From positions 1,408,001 to 1,472,000 of the forward strand of contig CBDCTH010000012.1 in assembly GCA_965222155.1 (NCBI GenBank): a stretch of 64,000 nucleotides of DNA, read 5' to 3'. The DNA comes from Gammaproteobacteria bacterium. Lineage in GTDB: Bacteria; Pseudomonadota; Gammaproteobacteria; Eutrophobiales; Eutrophobiaceae. The notes beneath the pieces were generated by a model. It worked only from the letters and a program-made list of their open reading frames with translations. It did not search any database and had not been told where the DNA came from. A program made the translations under genes and the position numbers. This document shows, one piece after another, positions 50,737 through 60,688 of this stretch; within the stretch, counting starts at the first letter, position 1, and the number at the start of each line of letters is the position of its first letter.

Positions 50737-51753
50737 ATGAAACTGGCAAGCATAAAGTACAAAGATGAAGACATGGTCGTTATTCGTCTTGATGATAAAC
50801 AATTAGTTAATATTAAAACATTGCTTGAATTAAAACGTTCTCCATACGGCGTTGGTAATTTAATCGACATGCAGGACCTGATACGGGCCGGGCAAGGATT
50901 GCTCAAAGAGATTAGTGCCGCTCTTGAAATTGCTCGAACGGATACAAGTACAGTGCAGACGATTCCCGCGCAGGAAGTGACCTGGCGTCCTCCCGTCCCG
51001 TCTCCAGGTAAAATCTGCGGCATCGCCATGAATAACTCGGCAAGCAATGAGAGGAAAATCAGCGCGCCGGCGCACCCGGCATTTTTCCTGAAGCCTGCCT
51101 CTTGTCTAATTGGGCATAATCAACCCATACGCATTCGTCCCTATTACGGCAGCGTCCATCCCGAGCCGGAATTGTCAGTGATCATAGGTGAAGAGACCCG
51201 GGATATCCCCGCCTCTAAGGCGCTGGATGCCGTATTCGGCTACAGTATCTTTAATGATATTACCGGCAACGGTATGCGCGCCGAAGACATGTTTGAGTAC
51301 TGGGCAATATATGCCAAAGAGGATAATTCCGCTGAAACTGTCCGGGTGAAGCAACACTTATCCTATGCAGGACGTTATAAGGGTTGTGATAGCTTCGGTT
51401 GTTCAGGGCCATGGTTGGTCACGAAAGATGAGATAGACAACCCGGATGAATTGAACGTCTACTGCAAAGCAGGCGGCGAGTTGATCGCTGAAGACAACAC
51501 AAAATATTATAATTACAGGGTGGCGGAAATCATCAGTTTCATCAGCCAGTTTCATACGCTTTATCCGGGCGACATCATTTCCTGCGGTACCGCCTTCAAG
51601 CCTTCGGCTAATCGAAAATCCATTCATCATGCCAATTTTCAGACTGTTGAAGGCCCGGTGGAAGTCAGTATCGATGGTTTGGACACACTGGTAAATCCGG
51701 TTATTCTTGAACAGAAAGAGCTCGGCCTATGGCGACTGAAGCAGACCGATTAA
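50737..51753 (+). CDS. Fumarylacetoacetate hydrolase (FAH) family protein
   Basis: PGKICGIAMN, FFLKP, HPEPEL, GYSIFNDIT, KGCDSF, PGDIISCGT. Confidence 0.9.
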   Translation: MKLASIKYKDEDMVVIRLDDKQLVNIKTLLELKRSPYGVGNLIDMQDLIRAGQGLLKEISAALEIARTDTSTVQTIPAQEVTWRPPVPSPGKICGIAMNNSASNERKISAPAHPAFFLKPASCLIGHNQPIRIRPYYGSVHPEPELSVIIGEETRDIPASKALDAVFGYSIFNDITGNGMRAEDMFEYWAIYAKEDNSAETVRVKQHLSYAGRYKGCDSFGCSGPWLVTKDEIDNPDELNVYCKAGGELIAEDNTKYYNYRVAEIISFISQFHTLYPGDIISCGTAFKPSANRKSIHHANFQTVEGPVEVSIDGLDTLVNPVILEQKELGLWRLKQTD

Positions 51754-51823
51754 AACGGATTGAGAAGCGCATAGCCAGAGGCCGGTCGGGCGTATATTAT
51801 GTGTTCCACGGGGATAAGCTGCC

Positions 51824-52783
51824 ATGACAACATCACTGATCTGTGCCTCACACTCTCCCCTGTTGTATTGTTATGCCAGGGAGCCGAAGGAGTGGGACGG
51901 ATTGCAACGCGCTTTTGCCGAAAGAGCGCAAGCCGTATCAGAATTTGACCCTGAACTGGTAGTCGCCTTTGGTTCGGACCATTTCAATGGTTTTTTTCTG
52001 AAAACAATGCCGGCCTTTTGCGTTGGCTTCAGGGCTGAGGCAGCCGGCGATATAGGCGGGTTTGCCGGACCTGTAAACGTGCCGGAAGAAACAGCTGTTG
52101 CCTGCGTCGAGTATTTACGCAACAGCGATATTGATAGCGCCGTATCCTACCGGATGACCATTGACCACGCTTTTTCCCAAACCATCAGCGTTATGCTTGG
52201 TGGTCTGACTGCGCGCCCGATCATCCCTGTCTTTATCAACTGTATTACTACACCATTCGTCCCCTTCAGACGCACCCGCATGTTGGGGGAGGCAATCGGC
52301 CGGTTTGCCATTACATTAAACAAGAGAGTGTTGTTTCTTGCCTCAGGAGGCATGTCTCACCACCCTACCCGGTATTATCCGGAGCATGGCAAGGGAGAGC
52401 AGGAGGTTGAAGCCTGGAAATTGTCGGGCGGCGCTGATCCCAAATCCCTGACCCCCGCTCAATGGCTGGAACGACTGGAGGTGATGCACCATGAAGGCGC
52501 CGAGATGATTGCACGAGGTGAACGTACTGCCGGAGATATGCGTTTGAATGAGGAATCGGATCGGCGTTTCCTGGATATTTTCACCCAAAACAGACTCGAA
52601 GAATACGATGATTGGGACCAATATGAACTGGTTGAGCAAGGCGGTATCGGCTCCATGGAATTACAGACCTGGATTGCCGCCGCTGCTGCACACAAGGCAG
52701 CCGGCGGCAGTATGCCGGTGCGGGATTTCTATACCGTTGCGCCGGAGATCGGCATCGCCGCGGGGGTAGCACACGCCGATTAA
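51824..52783 (+). CDS. LigB-family extradiol dioxygenase (MhpB-like)
   Basis: CASHSPL, SDHFNGFF, IDHAFSQ, SGGMSHHP, ELQTWIAA. Confidence 0.82.
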   Translation: MTTSLICASHSPLLYCYAREPKEWDGLQRAFAERAQAVSEFDPELVVAFGSDHFNGFFLKTMPAFCVGFRAEAAGDIGGFAGPVNVPEETAVACVEYLRNSDIDSAVSYRMTIDHAFSQTISVMLGGLTARPIIPVFINCITTPFVPFRRTRMLGEAIGRFAITLNKRVLFLASGGMSHHPTRYYPEHGKGEQEVEAWKLSGGADPKSLTPAQWLERLEVMHHEGAEMIARGERTAGDMRLNEESDRRFLDIFTQNRLEEYDDWDQYELVEQGGIGSMELQTWIAAAAAHKAAGGSMPVRDFYTVAPEIGIAAGVAHAD

Positions 52784-52798
52784 AGCACTGCCTGGTTG

Positions 52799-53851
52799 TT
52801 ACTGACTCAAAACCTCCGCCGCCTTCCTGTGGCTGGCAAGCAAGCCAAGGACCCATTTCGGGTCGGTACGGCCCCAGCCGCATTCAGTACCGACCCCGAA
52901 ATTGGTTATAAAGTTCTTCGCCACCTCCATACGCTGCAGGTCACCCTCTTCATCATCATGATGAATCAAACCGAAATAAAGTTTCGTATCACCTTTGAAG
53001 TGCTTTAACGGCATGAAGTAAGCAGGGTCGGTCCGCTCCTTTGGCACCGGGATATGTAAAAAATCCACCTGGCGTCTGACACCGGCAGTAATGCCGTTCA
53101 TCAGTTCCACCAGTATTCCCGTATCCCTGGGCATGACCAGGTGCTCATCGTGCGGGGTGCCATAACACAGGTGGAAACCCAGTTTCACGTGCGCCGGAAC
53201 GGAGTCGCCCAGCAGGGCTAATTCGGCAAAGATCTGTTCCTCGTAATCGGGCGCTCGATGCGGGAAGTAATTCTCGAAGATCAGGACTTCCTGGCACACG
53301 TCATACTGTATGCACAAGTCTTCATGGGGGATATTATCCAGTATCCTGTTCAGTGCATTTGACAGTGATTTCAGGTAGACACGCAGGTAATCATCGTAAG
53401 ACTTGTGGCTGACGTACATGTAACAGCTGGCCATGGGCGTGGGCAGGCATACCTGAAAGCGTACATGATCCGGGACTGCGCCTTCAGCGCGCAATTTTTT
53501 GAATATGCCGTAAGAATACTCAGCTGCCTTGTCGTAACCAGTTGCAAATTCCACGTTATCCGGATTGGCTTCTTTCCTGAAACGCAACAGCGGTAAAGAG
53601 CGTAAGAACTTTCCGTCCCATTGGTATAATGCCATTTCCGGCACCGTCGGATCGATCTCCATGGCGGGATGTTCCATCAGCATGGTCCTTTGAAAGAATA
53701 TCCAGCGCGCCCGTTCGCCCGTTTCACCATCCGGTATTTTGTCAAGGTACGGGCCCAGTTCTGCGCTGATTTCACGAAAAACCTGCTCACAATTATCCAT
53801 GGCGATACTACCGACAAGATGGATGGTATCGGACCCGGATGTTCGTTTCAT
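52799..53851 (-). CDS. Single-barrel MetE-like (cobalamin-independent methionine synthase-like) protein
   Basis: HLVGS, IPDGETGER, IQYDV, FHLCYG and TECGWGR putative Zn-ligand motifs. Confidence 0.7.
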   Translation of the reverse strand: MKRTSGSDTIHLVGSIAMDNCEQVFREISAELGPYLDKIPDGETGERARWIFFQRTMLMEHPAMEIDPTVPEMALYQWDGKFLRSLPLLRFRKEANPDNVEFATGYDKAAEYSYGIFKKLRAEGAVPDHVRFQVCLPTPMASCYMYVSHKSYDDYLRVYLKSLSNALNRILDNIPHEDLCIQYDVCQEVLIFENYFPHRAPDYEEQIFAELALLGDSVPAHVKLGFHLCYGTPHDEHLVMPRDTGILVELMNGITAGVRRQVDFLHIPVPKERTDPAYFMPLKHFKGDTKLYFGLIHHDDEEGDLQRMEVAKNFITNFGVGTECGWGRTDPKWVLGLLASHRKAAEVLSQ

Positions 53852-53896
53852 CTCATCTCCACTGATTTACCGGCAAGTTGCTTGTTATAACGCCGT

Positions 53897-55036
53897 TCAG
53901 GAACATACCAGTAAATCACGCCGACTGTTCAAGGCATCAAATAACACGTCCACATCGTCAAGATTATTATAAAAATGAGGCGAGACCCTGAGATTGTCGT
54001 CTCGACAGGATGTAACGACCCCCTTATCCGCAAGAGCGGCCACCAGCCGGTACATATCCGTAGACCTGATGGTAACCAGGGGGCCATGACCGCTGTCTTC
54101 CGTCGGCATCGCAAGTTGGAAACCATTTTCCTGAGTTTTTTGCTTGATTGCCCTGTTAAGGGTCCTGATATGCTGTTCAATTGTGTCCAGACCCATCTCA
54201 CAAACGAGTTGCAAACCGGCGATAGATGCATACAGACTTGAAACATTGGGCGTACCTGTTTCAAAACGGCGGGCATTACCCGCCGGATTATTTTTATAGA
54301 TATCCATTGCATTGATATCCGCCTGACTGAACCAGCCGCTTGTTGCCGGTTCAAGATCGTTAACCAAGCCCTGTTTTACATATAAAAAAGCCGTCCCCGT
54401 TGCCGAGACCAGGTATTTCAACGTGCCACCGGCGGCAAAATCCACGTCCAGGGTCTTGACATCAATGGGCATGGAGCCACCGGTCTGGTAGAAATCCAGG
54501 AATACCAGCGCGCCTTTTTCATGGGCCATGTCGATGATAGCCTTAATATCCAGGCGTGCGCCGTTGCGATAGCAGACATGCGGGAGAGACACAACCAGTG
54601 TTGATTCATCTATATATTCATGAAACCGTTCGGGAGGTATCGTCACTTCGCCAGCAAGGCAAGGGACGCAGTCGATAACCGCCCCTCTTTTCTCCTGGGC
54701 GCGCCAAATCTGTGCCGTCGTGGGAAAATCGAAATCCGTGAGCAGGACCTTGTTGCGTTTACCGGTAAAATCAAAGGCGCTGGCCACTGAATTCAGGCAA
54801 TCACTCAGGCAAGAGGCAGTGGCAATTTCATCGGACGAAGCATTCATCAATTGCGCCAGCATGGCCCTCAAGGTTTCCAGTTTGCCCACCCAGACTTCCC
54901 AGTGAGAACCGAACCGGTCCCTGTCATCCAGGTAGGACAGGTAGGCCTGCCTGACTTCATTCGACAGGGCGCCGTGGGAACAACTGTTGATATAGGTTGT
55001 GGATTGAAAAATCGGAAAGCGTTCGCGTAATGGCAT
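53897..55036 (-). CDS. Class V aminotransferase-fold PLP enzyme (kynureninase/lyase-like)
   Basis: YINSCSHG, DFYQ, GTLKYL, RFETGTP, LRVSPHFYN; start moved to MPLRERFP. Confidence 0.85.
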   Translation of the reverse strand: MPLRERFPIFQSTTYINSCSHGALSNEVRQAYLSYLDDRDRFGSHWEVWVGKLETLRAMLAQLMNASSDEIATASCLSDCLNSVASAFDFTGKRNKVLLTDFDFPTTAQIWRAQEKRGAVIDCVPCLAGEVTIPPERFHEYIDESTLVVSLPHVCYRNGARLDIKAIIDMAHEKGALVFLDFYQTGGSMPIDVKTLDVDFAAGGTLKYLVSATGTAFLYVKQGLVNDLEPATSGWFSQADINAMDIYKNNPAGNARRFETGTPNVSSLYASIAGLQLVCEMGLDTIEQHIRTLNRAIKQKTQENGFQLAMPTEDSGHGPLVTIRSTDMYRLVAALADKGVVTSCRDDNLRVSPHFYNNLDDVDVLFDALNSRRDLLVCS

Positions 55037-55095
55037 AGGTCGGGTCAAATATGAGGTATTATGAACAGGGCTAATTAACAAGATTAATTTCAAAG

Positions 55096-56232
55096 ATGTT
55101 GGACAATAACATAATACGCGATGAATTTCCCCAGGCGGAAGAGTTAAAATACCTGAATCATGCAGCGGTAGCGCCTTGGCCGAAACGAACCAGGGAAGCC
55201 GTGGTTGCGTTCGCCCAGGAGAACGTCACTTACGGTGCAAGCCGTTACCATTTGTTCAACGAAAAAGAAAACCATTTGCGCCTGCAGATGCGCAAACTTA
55301 TTAACGCCCCTTCAATCGATGACATCGCATTGTTAAAGAACACGTCTGAAGCCTTGTCCGTAGTTGCGGCGGGGATAAGATGGAACCGTGGTGACAACGT
55401 CGTGACCTCCGCCGAGGAGTTCCCTTCAAACTGGATTCCCTGGGACGCACAGAAGATTCACGGCGTTTCCTTAAAGAAAGTGGATATCAGGGTTCAGCGC
55501 CCGGAGCAGGCGCTGATTGAAGCCTGTGATAACCGTACCCGGGTATTGACAATCAGCTCGGTGCAATTCAGCAGCGGTATAAGGCTTGATTTGGAATTAT
55601 TAGGTGATTATTGCAAGGCAAACAATATCCTGTTCTGTGTCGATGCAATCCAGAGTATCGGCGCCCATGAATTAGACGTGCAGAAAATAAGGGCCGATTT
55701 TGTCATGGCTGATGCTCACAAGTGGATGCTTGGACCGGAAGGGATAGCCCTGTTTTATTCCGATGCAGCGGTTCGGGATGAGTTGAACCTGTATCAGTAT
55801 GGCTGGCACATGACGGCAACCCCGGATGACTACGATATCAAATCCTGGCAACCGGCAAAGAGCGCCAGGCGATTTGAGCCGGGTTCCAATAACCTGCTGG
55901 GCATACATGCCCTGTCCGCCAGCCTGAGCCTGATTGAGGATTTGGGCATGAAAGACATTGAGATGGAATTGGGAGCCAGGGTTTCGTATCTTATGAGCAG
56001 ACTGGCAGAATTTGATGGGGTCAGGTTGCTCACTTCAACCGACCCACGACAAAGGGCTGGTATTGTTGCCTTTCAAATCTCTGGGCTTGACCAGCGAGCA
56101 CTACATAAACATCTATTGCAAAACCGGGTTATATGCGCCTATCGCGGCGCTGCGATCCGTTTTTCTCCTCATTACTATACAGCTATGCAAGATCTTGATG
56201 ATACACTTGATATTATGAATGCAACCATATGA
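55096..56232 (+). CDS. Class V aminotransferase-fold PLP enzyme
   Basis: YLNHAAVAP, DAIQ, DAHKWMLGPEG, RRFEPG, IRFSPHYY. Confidence 0.88.
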   Translation: MLDNNIIRDEFPQAEELKYLNHAAVAPWPKRTREAVVAFAQENVTYGASRYHLFNEKENHLRLQMRKLINAPSIDDIALLKNTSEALSVVAAGIRWNRGDNVVTSAEEFPSNWIPWDAQKIHGVSLKKVDIRVQRPEQALIEACDNRTRVLTISSVQFSSGIRLDLELLGDYCKANNILFCVDAIQSIGAHELDVQKIRADFVMADAHKWMLGPEGIALFYSDAAVRDELNLYQYGWHMTATPDDYDIKSWQPAKSARRFEPGSNNLLGIHALSASLSLIEDLGMKDIEMELGARVSYLMSRLAEFDGVRLLTSTDPRQRAGIVAFQISGLDQRALHKHLLQNRVICAYRGAAIRFSPHYYTAMQDLDDTLDIMNATI

Positions 56233-56258
56233 TATATAAAAGATAGGAATGTATCTTA

Positions 56259-56285
56259 GGAACCTCTGACTTAATCAGAGGTTCC
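56259..56285. repeat. Palindrome between convergent genes (REP-like or bidirectional terminator)
   Basis: GGAACCTCTGA-CTTAA-TCAGAGGTTCC, perfect 11-bp stem; no U-tract. Confidence 0.6.
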
Positions 56286-56291
56286 CTTAGT

Positions 56292-57065
56292 TCACTCAGG
56301 AAATAGATTTTCATAATTCCGCGTGGTCATCGAAATTACGTCTGACAGCTCAGCCTGGTGTAGTTCAGCAATTTTCTCCGCGACAAAGCGCACATAAGCC
56401 GGTTGATTCTGTTTGCCGCGGTAGGGAACCGGCGTCAGATACGGCGAGTCGGTTTCGACCAGTATCCTGTCCAGCGGCACCTGTCTGGCTACGTCCTGGA
56501 GGGCCTGTGCATTGCGGAAGGTGACAATCCCGGAAAATGAGATATAAAAATTCAGGTCGATGGCCAGCCTTGCCGTTTCCAGGTCATCGACGAAGCAATG
56601 CATTATTCCTCCTACTGTATCCGCTCCCTCTTCGGCCAGAATTTTGATGACATCTCCCCTGGCCTCGCGACTGTGAATGATAAGAGGCTTATTGATCTCC
56701 CTGGCTGCCCTGATGTGGATGCGAAACCGATGCCTTTGCCAATCGAGGTCTCCCTGGCTTCTGAAATAATCCAGTCCTGTTTCGCCGATGGCAACCACCG
56801 ATGGATCATCCGCCAATTCCAGCAGGATTTCTTCAGATAATTCGATTTCCAGGACAGAATTCGGGTGCACACCCACTGAGGCGGATATACAGGGGTAGGA
56901 ATCAGCCAGTTGTTTAATTTCGGGAAAAGAATCAAGGTCGATTGACACGCATAGCATATGCCCTACGCCAGCCTCTTGCGCCGCGCGGATCACGGCGTCC
57001 GCACCACCATCCATTTCTATCAAAGGGATATGGCAATGTGAATCGACTAGATACGGGTTTTGCAT
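56292..57065 (-). CDS. tatD: TatD family DNase (YcfH-like)
   Basis: DSHCH, GVHP, IGETGLDY, IIHSR, MHCF, ETDSPY. Confidence 0.93.
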   Translation of the reverse strand: MQNPYLVDSHCHIPLIEMDGGADAVIRAAQEAGVGHMLCVSIDLDSFPEIKQLADSYPCISASVGVHPNSVLEIELSEEILLELADDPSVVAIGETGLDYFRSQGDLDWQRHRFRIHIRAAREINKPLIIHSREARGDVIKILAEEGADTVGGIMHCFVDDLETARLAIDLNFYISFSGIVTFRNAQALQDVARQVPLDRILVETDSPYLTPVPYRGKQNQPAYVRFVAEKIAELHQAELSDVISMTTRNYENLFPE

Positions 57066-57083
57066 GGCTTGTCTATGTCCATG

Positions 57084-58064
57084 TTATCCAGGGTGGATCG
57101 ACTGCCAGTGTACGATGACTTCCTCCAGCAGGCTTTGTTTATTCAGGTTGACATCACTGGTAAGCAGGTGGTAGTTCCTCAGCGTCAGATCATAACAGCC
57201 GATAGTCTGTGCGAGATCTAACCCGTTTGCCAGGTGGCCCAGTTCGTCATTAATAGAGGATCTGCCGGCCTGTTTCCTGCTTCCTGAGCAGTGCATGGCG
57301 GCTATTTTACTGAACACAGAAAGCAACCAGTTCAATACTGTGACCACGTCATGTTTCTGCCATTTTTCAGCGATTTTCACGGGGTCAGTGTTCGCTCTGC
57401 GGGCTTCCTGCAAATCCGCGAGTATCTCCTGCCGTTCTTGCACGGCCTCTCCTTCGTTCAGCTCCAGCGCCGTAAGCGGCGCGCCCTCGGCCAGATCAAG
57501 CAACGCAGCAGTCCGTTCGGGGTCACTTATCTGACCAATCAGCCAGTCAGAAGCCAGTTGCGGGTCTATCTGGTTGAAACTGATTTTCTGGCAGCGGCTA
57601 CGTATGGTGACAGGTAATCTGGCCGGTTTATAAGAAACCAGTATCAATAACGTTGATGGGGCGGGTTCTTCCAGGGTTTTCAACAGGCTGTTCGCAGCGT
57701 GCCGATTCATATCCTCAGCGGGCTCTATGATGGCAATTTTATACCTGCCGTACTGGCTGCTGAGTTGCAGGTGAGTTATCAAGTCACGAACGGCATCCAC
57801 CTTGATTTGCGTATCATTGGCTTCCTTGTTAAGCAGTTTGATATCGGGGTGGCTGCCGGCATTGAACAGCAGACAGGAACTGCATTTTCCACAAGCCGTC
57901 GCTTGAACGATTGCTTTACATAACAGATATTGGGTGAGTTCCAGTGCAAATTGTCTGATACCGGATCCTTCGACTCCATTCAGCAAAATGGCATGTGCCA
58001 GCCGCTTCTGATCTACGGCATGTCTGATCTGGTTCCATTGTTTTACCTGCCAGGGATAAGGCAT
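57084..58064 (-). CDS. holB: DNA polymerase III delta' subunit
   Basis: YPWQ, ACGKCSSC, HPD, ANSLLKTLEEP, TIRSRCQ; synteny with tmk. Confidence 0.93.
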   Translation of the reverse strand: MPYPWQVKQWNQIRHAVDQKRLAHAILLNGVEGSGIRQFALELTQYLLCKAIVQATACGKCSSCLLFNAGSHPDIKLLNKEANDTQIKVDAVRDLITHLQLSSQYGRYKIAIIEPAEDMNRHAANSLLKTLEEPAPSTLLILVSYKPARLPVTIRSRCQKISFNQIDPQLASDWLIGQISDPERTAALLDLAEGAPLTALELNEGEAVQERQEILADLQEARRANTDPVKIAEKWQKHDVVTVLNWLLSVFSKIAAMHCSGSRKQAGRSSINDELGHLANGLDLAQTIGCYDLTLRNYHLLTSDVNLNKQSLLEEVIVHWQSIHPG

Positions 58065-58106
58065 ATCAGGAACGGCCTGCGCCGGCGAATGCGCTTACAG
58101 GGAGTA

Positions 58107-58733
58107 TCAACATAGACCTTTTGCCTCAAGAATTGCCTGTATTTTCCATGCGACTTCATCGGCTTCTCTGGCAGCGTCAATAACGTGGATTCTTTCGGGG
58201 TGTTGTTCGGCCAGGTCCAGGTATTTATACCGGACTCGCTGAAAAAATTTCATTGTCTCCATCTCGAAGCGATCCGGTTTGCTACGTTCCCTGATGCGCT
58301 CCAGGCCGACCTCCGGCGCTGCGTCAAGCAACAGCGTCAGGTCCGGCCTGAGCGCGCCCTGGACGATATCCTGCAACCGGGCAATCAGTTTTTCATCCAC
58401 ACCGCGGCCACCTCCCTGGTAAGCAAACGTCGCATCGGTAAACCGGTCGCATAATATAATCCTGCCGGCGTCCAGGGCCGGTTCGATTACGTCCCGGATA
58501 TGTTGACGACGGGCAGCGAATATCAGGAGCATTTCCGTTATCCCGTCAATCTTGCCGGCGTCGGCCTGCAATATGACATTCCTGATGCTCTCACCCGTAC
58601 GGGTGCCGCCGGGTTCCCTGGTCTGAATGACGTTCCCGGGATGTTTTGTTGACAGCAGGTCACAGGCTTTTTGTACCTGTGTGGTTTTACCCACTCCCTC
58701 TATGCCTTCAAATGTGATGAAAAACCCTGTCAT
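58107..58733 (-). CDS. tmk: Thymidylate kinase
   Basis: FITFEGIEGVGKTTQ, TREPGGT, CDRFTDATFAYQG. Confidence 0.96.
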   Translation of the reverse strand: MTGFFITFEGIEGVGKTTQVQKACDLLSTKHPGNVIQTREPGGTRTGESIRNVILQADAGKIDGITEMLLIFAARRQHIRDVIEPALDAGRIILCDRFTDATFAYQGGGRGVDEKLIARLQDIVQGALRPDLTLLLDAAPEVGLERIRERSKPDRFEMETMKFFQRVRYKYLDLAEQHPERIHVIDAAREADEVAWKIQAILEAKGLC

Positions 58734-58829
58734 TGTATTTTATCAACGATGTGGAACCACAGTCGTATTCAGTGGTAATACGTGTAGTTGTCGATAATGA
58801 TATTTACCTTATTCCGTATCCTCCGAAGT

Positions 58830-59822
58830 TTATCGGAGCTGATATTTCGCTACCGCCTTGTTGTGCTCTGCAAGAGTTTGGGAAAAGTAGTGTCGACCAT
58901 TCTCTCCTGTTGCGACAAAATATAAGGCTGTTCCGGGCTCCGGCTGCAACGCGGCGCGGATGGATGCTCTGCCGGCTGCCGCAATAGGCGTTGGCGGCAA
59001 CCCCTTATAGCGATAGGTGTTGAACGGTGAATCGAACTCCAAATCCTTATGCCGTATATCTCCGTCATAGCTTTCTCCAAGGGCATAAATTACCGTGGGG
59101 TCGGTTTGCAGACGCATATTTTTTTTCAGTCGGCGAACAAATACTCCGGCAATTTTTTCTCTTTCATCGGCAACCGCTGTCTCCTTTTCAATCAGGGATG
59201 CCATTATCAAGGCCTCATAAGGTGATTGATACGGCAGCCCGCTCATTCGCTTTTGCCACTCCTCGTTTAATACTGTTTCCATCTGCCTGAATGCCCGGCG
59301 CAGAAAATCCGCGTCTGTGGTAGCGGCAGGAAAATAGTAAGTGTCGGGAAAAAAACGTCCTTCGGCGTAATAGCCCGGATAACCTATTTCTATCATAACG
59401 CGCCTGGGTTGTGTTGACATTAATACCCTTTTGATATACCGGTTTTCGTGTACTGCCGTCATGATCTGTTTGAACGTCCATCCCTCCAGTATCGTCAGCG
59501 TGTGTTGAGTTACCCTGCCGGCTACCATCATCTCCAGCAATGACAAGGCGCTTGTGCCGGGTTGCACCTGGTACTGGCCGGCTTTGATCAAACCGTCAAC
59601 ACCCTGGAGTTTGCCTTCAAGCTGCAGATAGAAAGGATAATTGAACCAGTCCCGTTGCGCCAGACCTTCGGCAAGGTCAAGGAGGGACATGCCGGGTTCT
59701 ATGGAGAAATACTCGGAAACATCGATCTTCAACGGCATGTTCAATTGCTGTTGCATATCCTGGTACAGCCACCATCCGGCCAACGCGACAAGAACCCCGG
59801 GTATGAGCAGCATTTTCTTCAT
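58830..59822 (-). CDS. mltG: Endolytic transglycosylase MltG
   Basis: EGRFFPDTY, ASLIEKET, LQTDPTVIY, GLPPTPI. Confidence 0.95.
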   Translation of the reverse strand: MKKMLLIPGVLVALAGWWLYQDMQQQLNMPLKIDVSEYFSIEPGMSLLDLAEGLAQRDWFNYPFYLQLEGKLQGVDGLIKAGQYQVQPGTSALSLLEMMVAGRVTQHTLTILEGWTFKQIMTAVHENRYIKRVLMSTQPRRVMIEIGYPGYYAEGRFFPDTYYFPAATTDADFLRRAFRQMETVLNEEWQKRMSGLPYQSPYEALIMASLIEKETAVADEREKIAGVFVRRLKKNMRLQTDPTVIYALGESYDGDIRHKDLEFDSPFNTYRYKGLPPTPIAAAGRASIRAALQPEPGTALYFVATGENGRHYFSQTLAEHNKAVAKYQLR

Positions 59823-60652
59823 CAGGCGCCTGCAATAAGGTTATCAGTGATTAATTTCCTCATGATTTCCAGAGTAATATCGATACTGCTGAACACTTTA
59901 TTACCAATGCTCCTTACCGGCCAGATACCGATCAGGCTGTTGCAATAGAATACTTCATCCACCTTATATAATTCGTTGAGTTTTATTTCCCTGATGTCGG
60001 GTTTACCACCTGCGTCATCATTCAGTTCAATAATTGACTTTCTTATCACCCCTGCAATGCCGCACCGGGACAGGTCAGGGGTAATTAATTTACCGTTTTT
60101 TACCATGAAAAGGTTGCTCATGGAACCTTCAATCACGTTGTCGTACGGATCCAATACTACTCCCTCCGGGCATGGCGTAGCGGCAACCTCATGGCGCAGC
60201 AAGACCTGTTCCAACCGGTTCAGGTGCTTGATGCCGGCCAAATCGGGATGATGGGTGATGCGGCGGCTGCATATATATGAATTGATGCCGTCACGATAAT
60301 ATGCTGCAGGATAAACCGGCCGTTTGTGCACTGTGAGTATCCTGTTGCTCGAAATATGTTCCGGAGGTTGGTAACCGCGTCCTCCCGTTCCCCGGGTAAT
60401 GACGATCTTCAGTACTGCTGAGGCAAGCGAACCACAAAGCCGGGTTGCTTCATGTTCGAGCAGACTCCTGTCCGGACAGACAATTGACAAATGCCGGCAG
60501 CCTGCTTCAAGCCGATCAAAATGCGCCTTCCGGCAAAGCAGTTCACCGGACTTAACGGCGATGGTTTCGAACACGCCGTCACCGAACTGAAGGCCGCGAT
60601 CATGGATGGAAATGACGTCGCCAGGCTGACCGTTGACCAGTACGTCAATCAC
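59822..60652 (-). CDS. pabC: Aminodeoxychorismate lyase
   Basis: DRGLQFGDGVFET, GIKHLNRLEQVL, EGSMSNLF; synteny fabF-pabC-mltG. Confidence 0.93.
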   Translation of the reverse strand: MIDVLVNGQPGDVISIHDRGLQFGDGVFETIAVKSGELLCRKAHFDRLEAGCRHLSIVCPDRSLLEHEATRLCGSLASAVLKIVITRGTGGRGYQPPEHISSNRILTVHKRPVYPAAYYRDGINSYICSRRITHHPDLAGIKHLNRLEQVLLRHEVAATPCPEGVVLDPYDNVIEGSMSNLFMVKNGKLITPDLSRCGIAGVIRKSIIELNDDAGGKPDIREIKLNELYKVDEVFYCNSLIGIWPVRSIGNKVFSSIDITLEIMRKLITDNLIAGA

Positions 60653-60688
60653 GTTTTCCAGTTTTTAGTTTTTGTACCACACAAGCTG

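Noticed and set aside
57066-58829. No pilZ between holB and tatD, and a 96-bp gap between mltG and tmk
   Set aside because: Both vary among gammaproteobacteria; no convincing structure or ORF in the gap.
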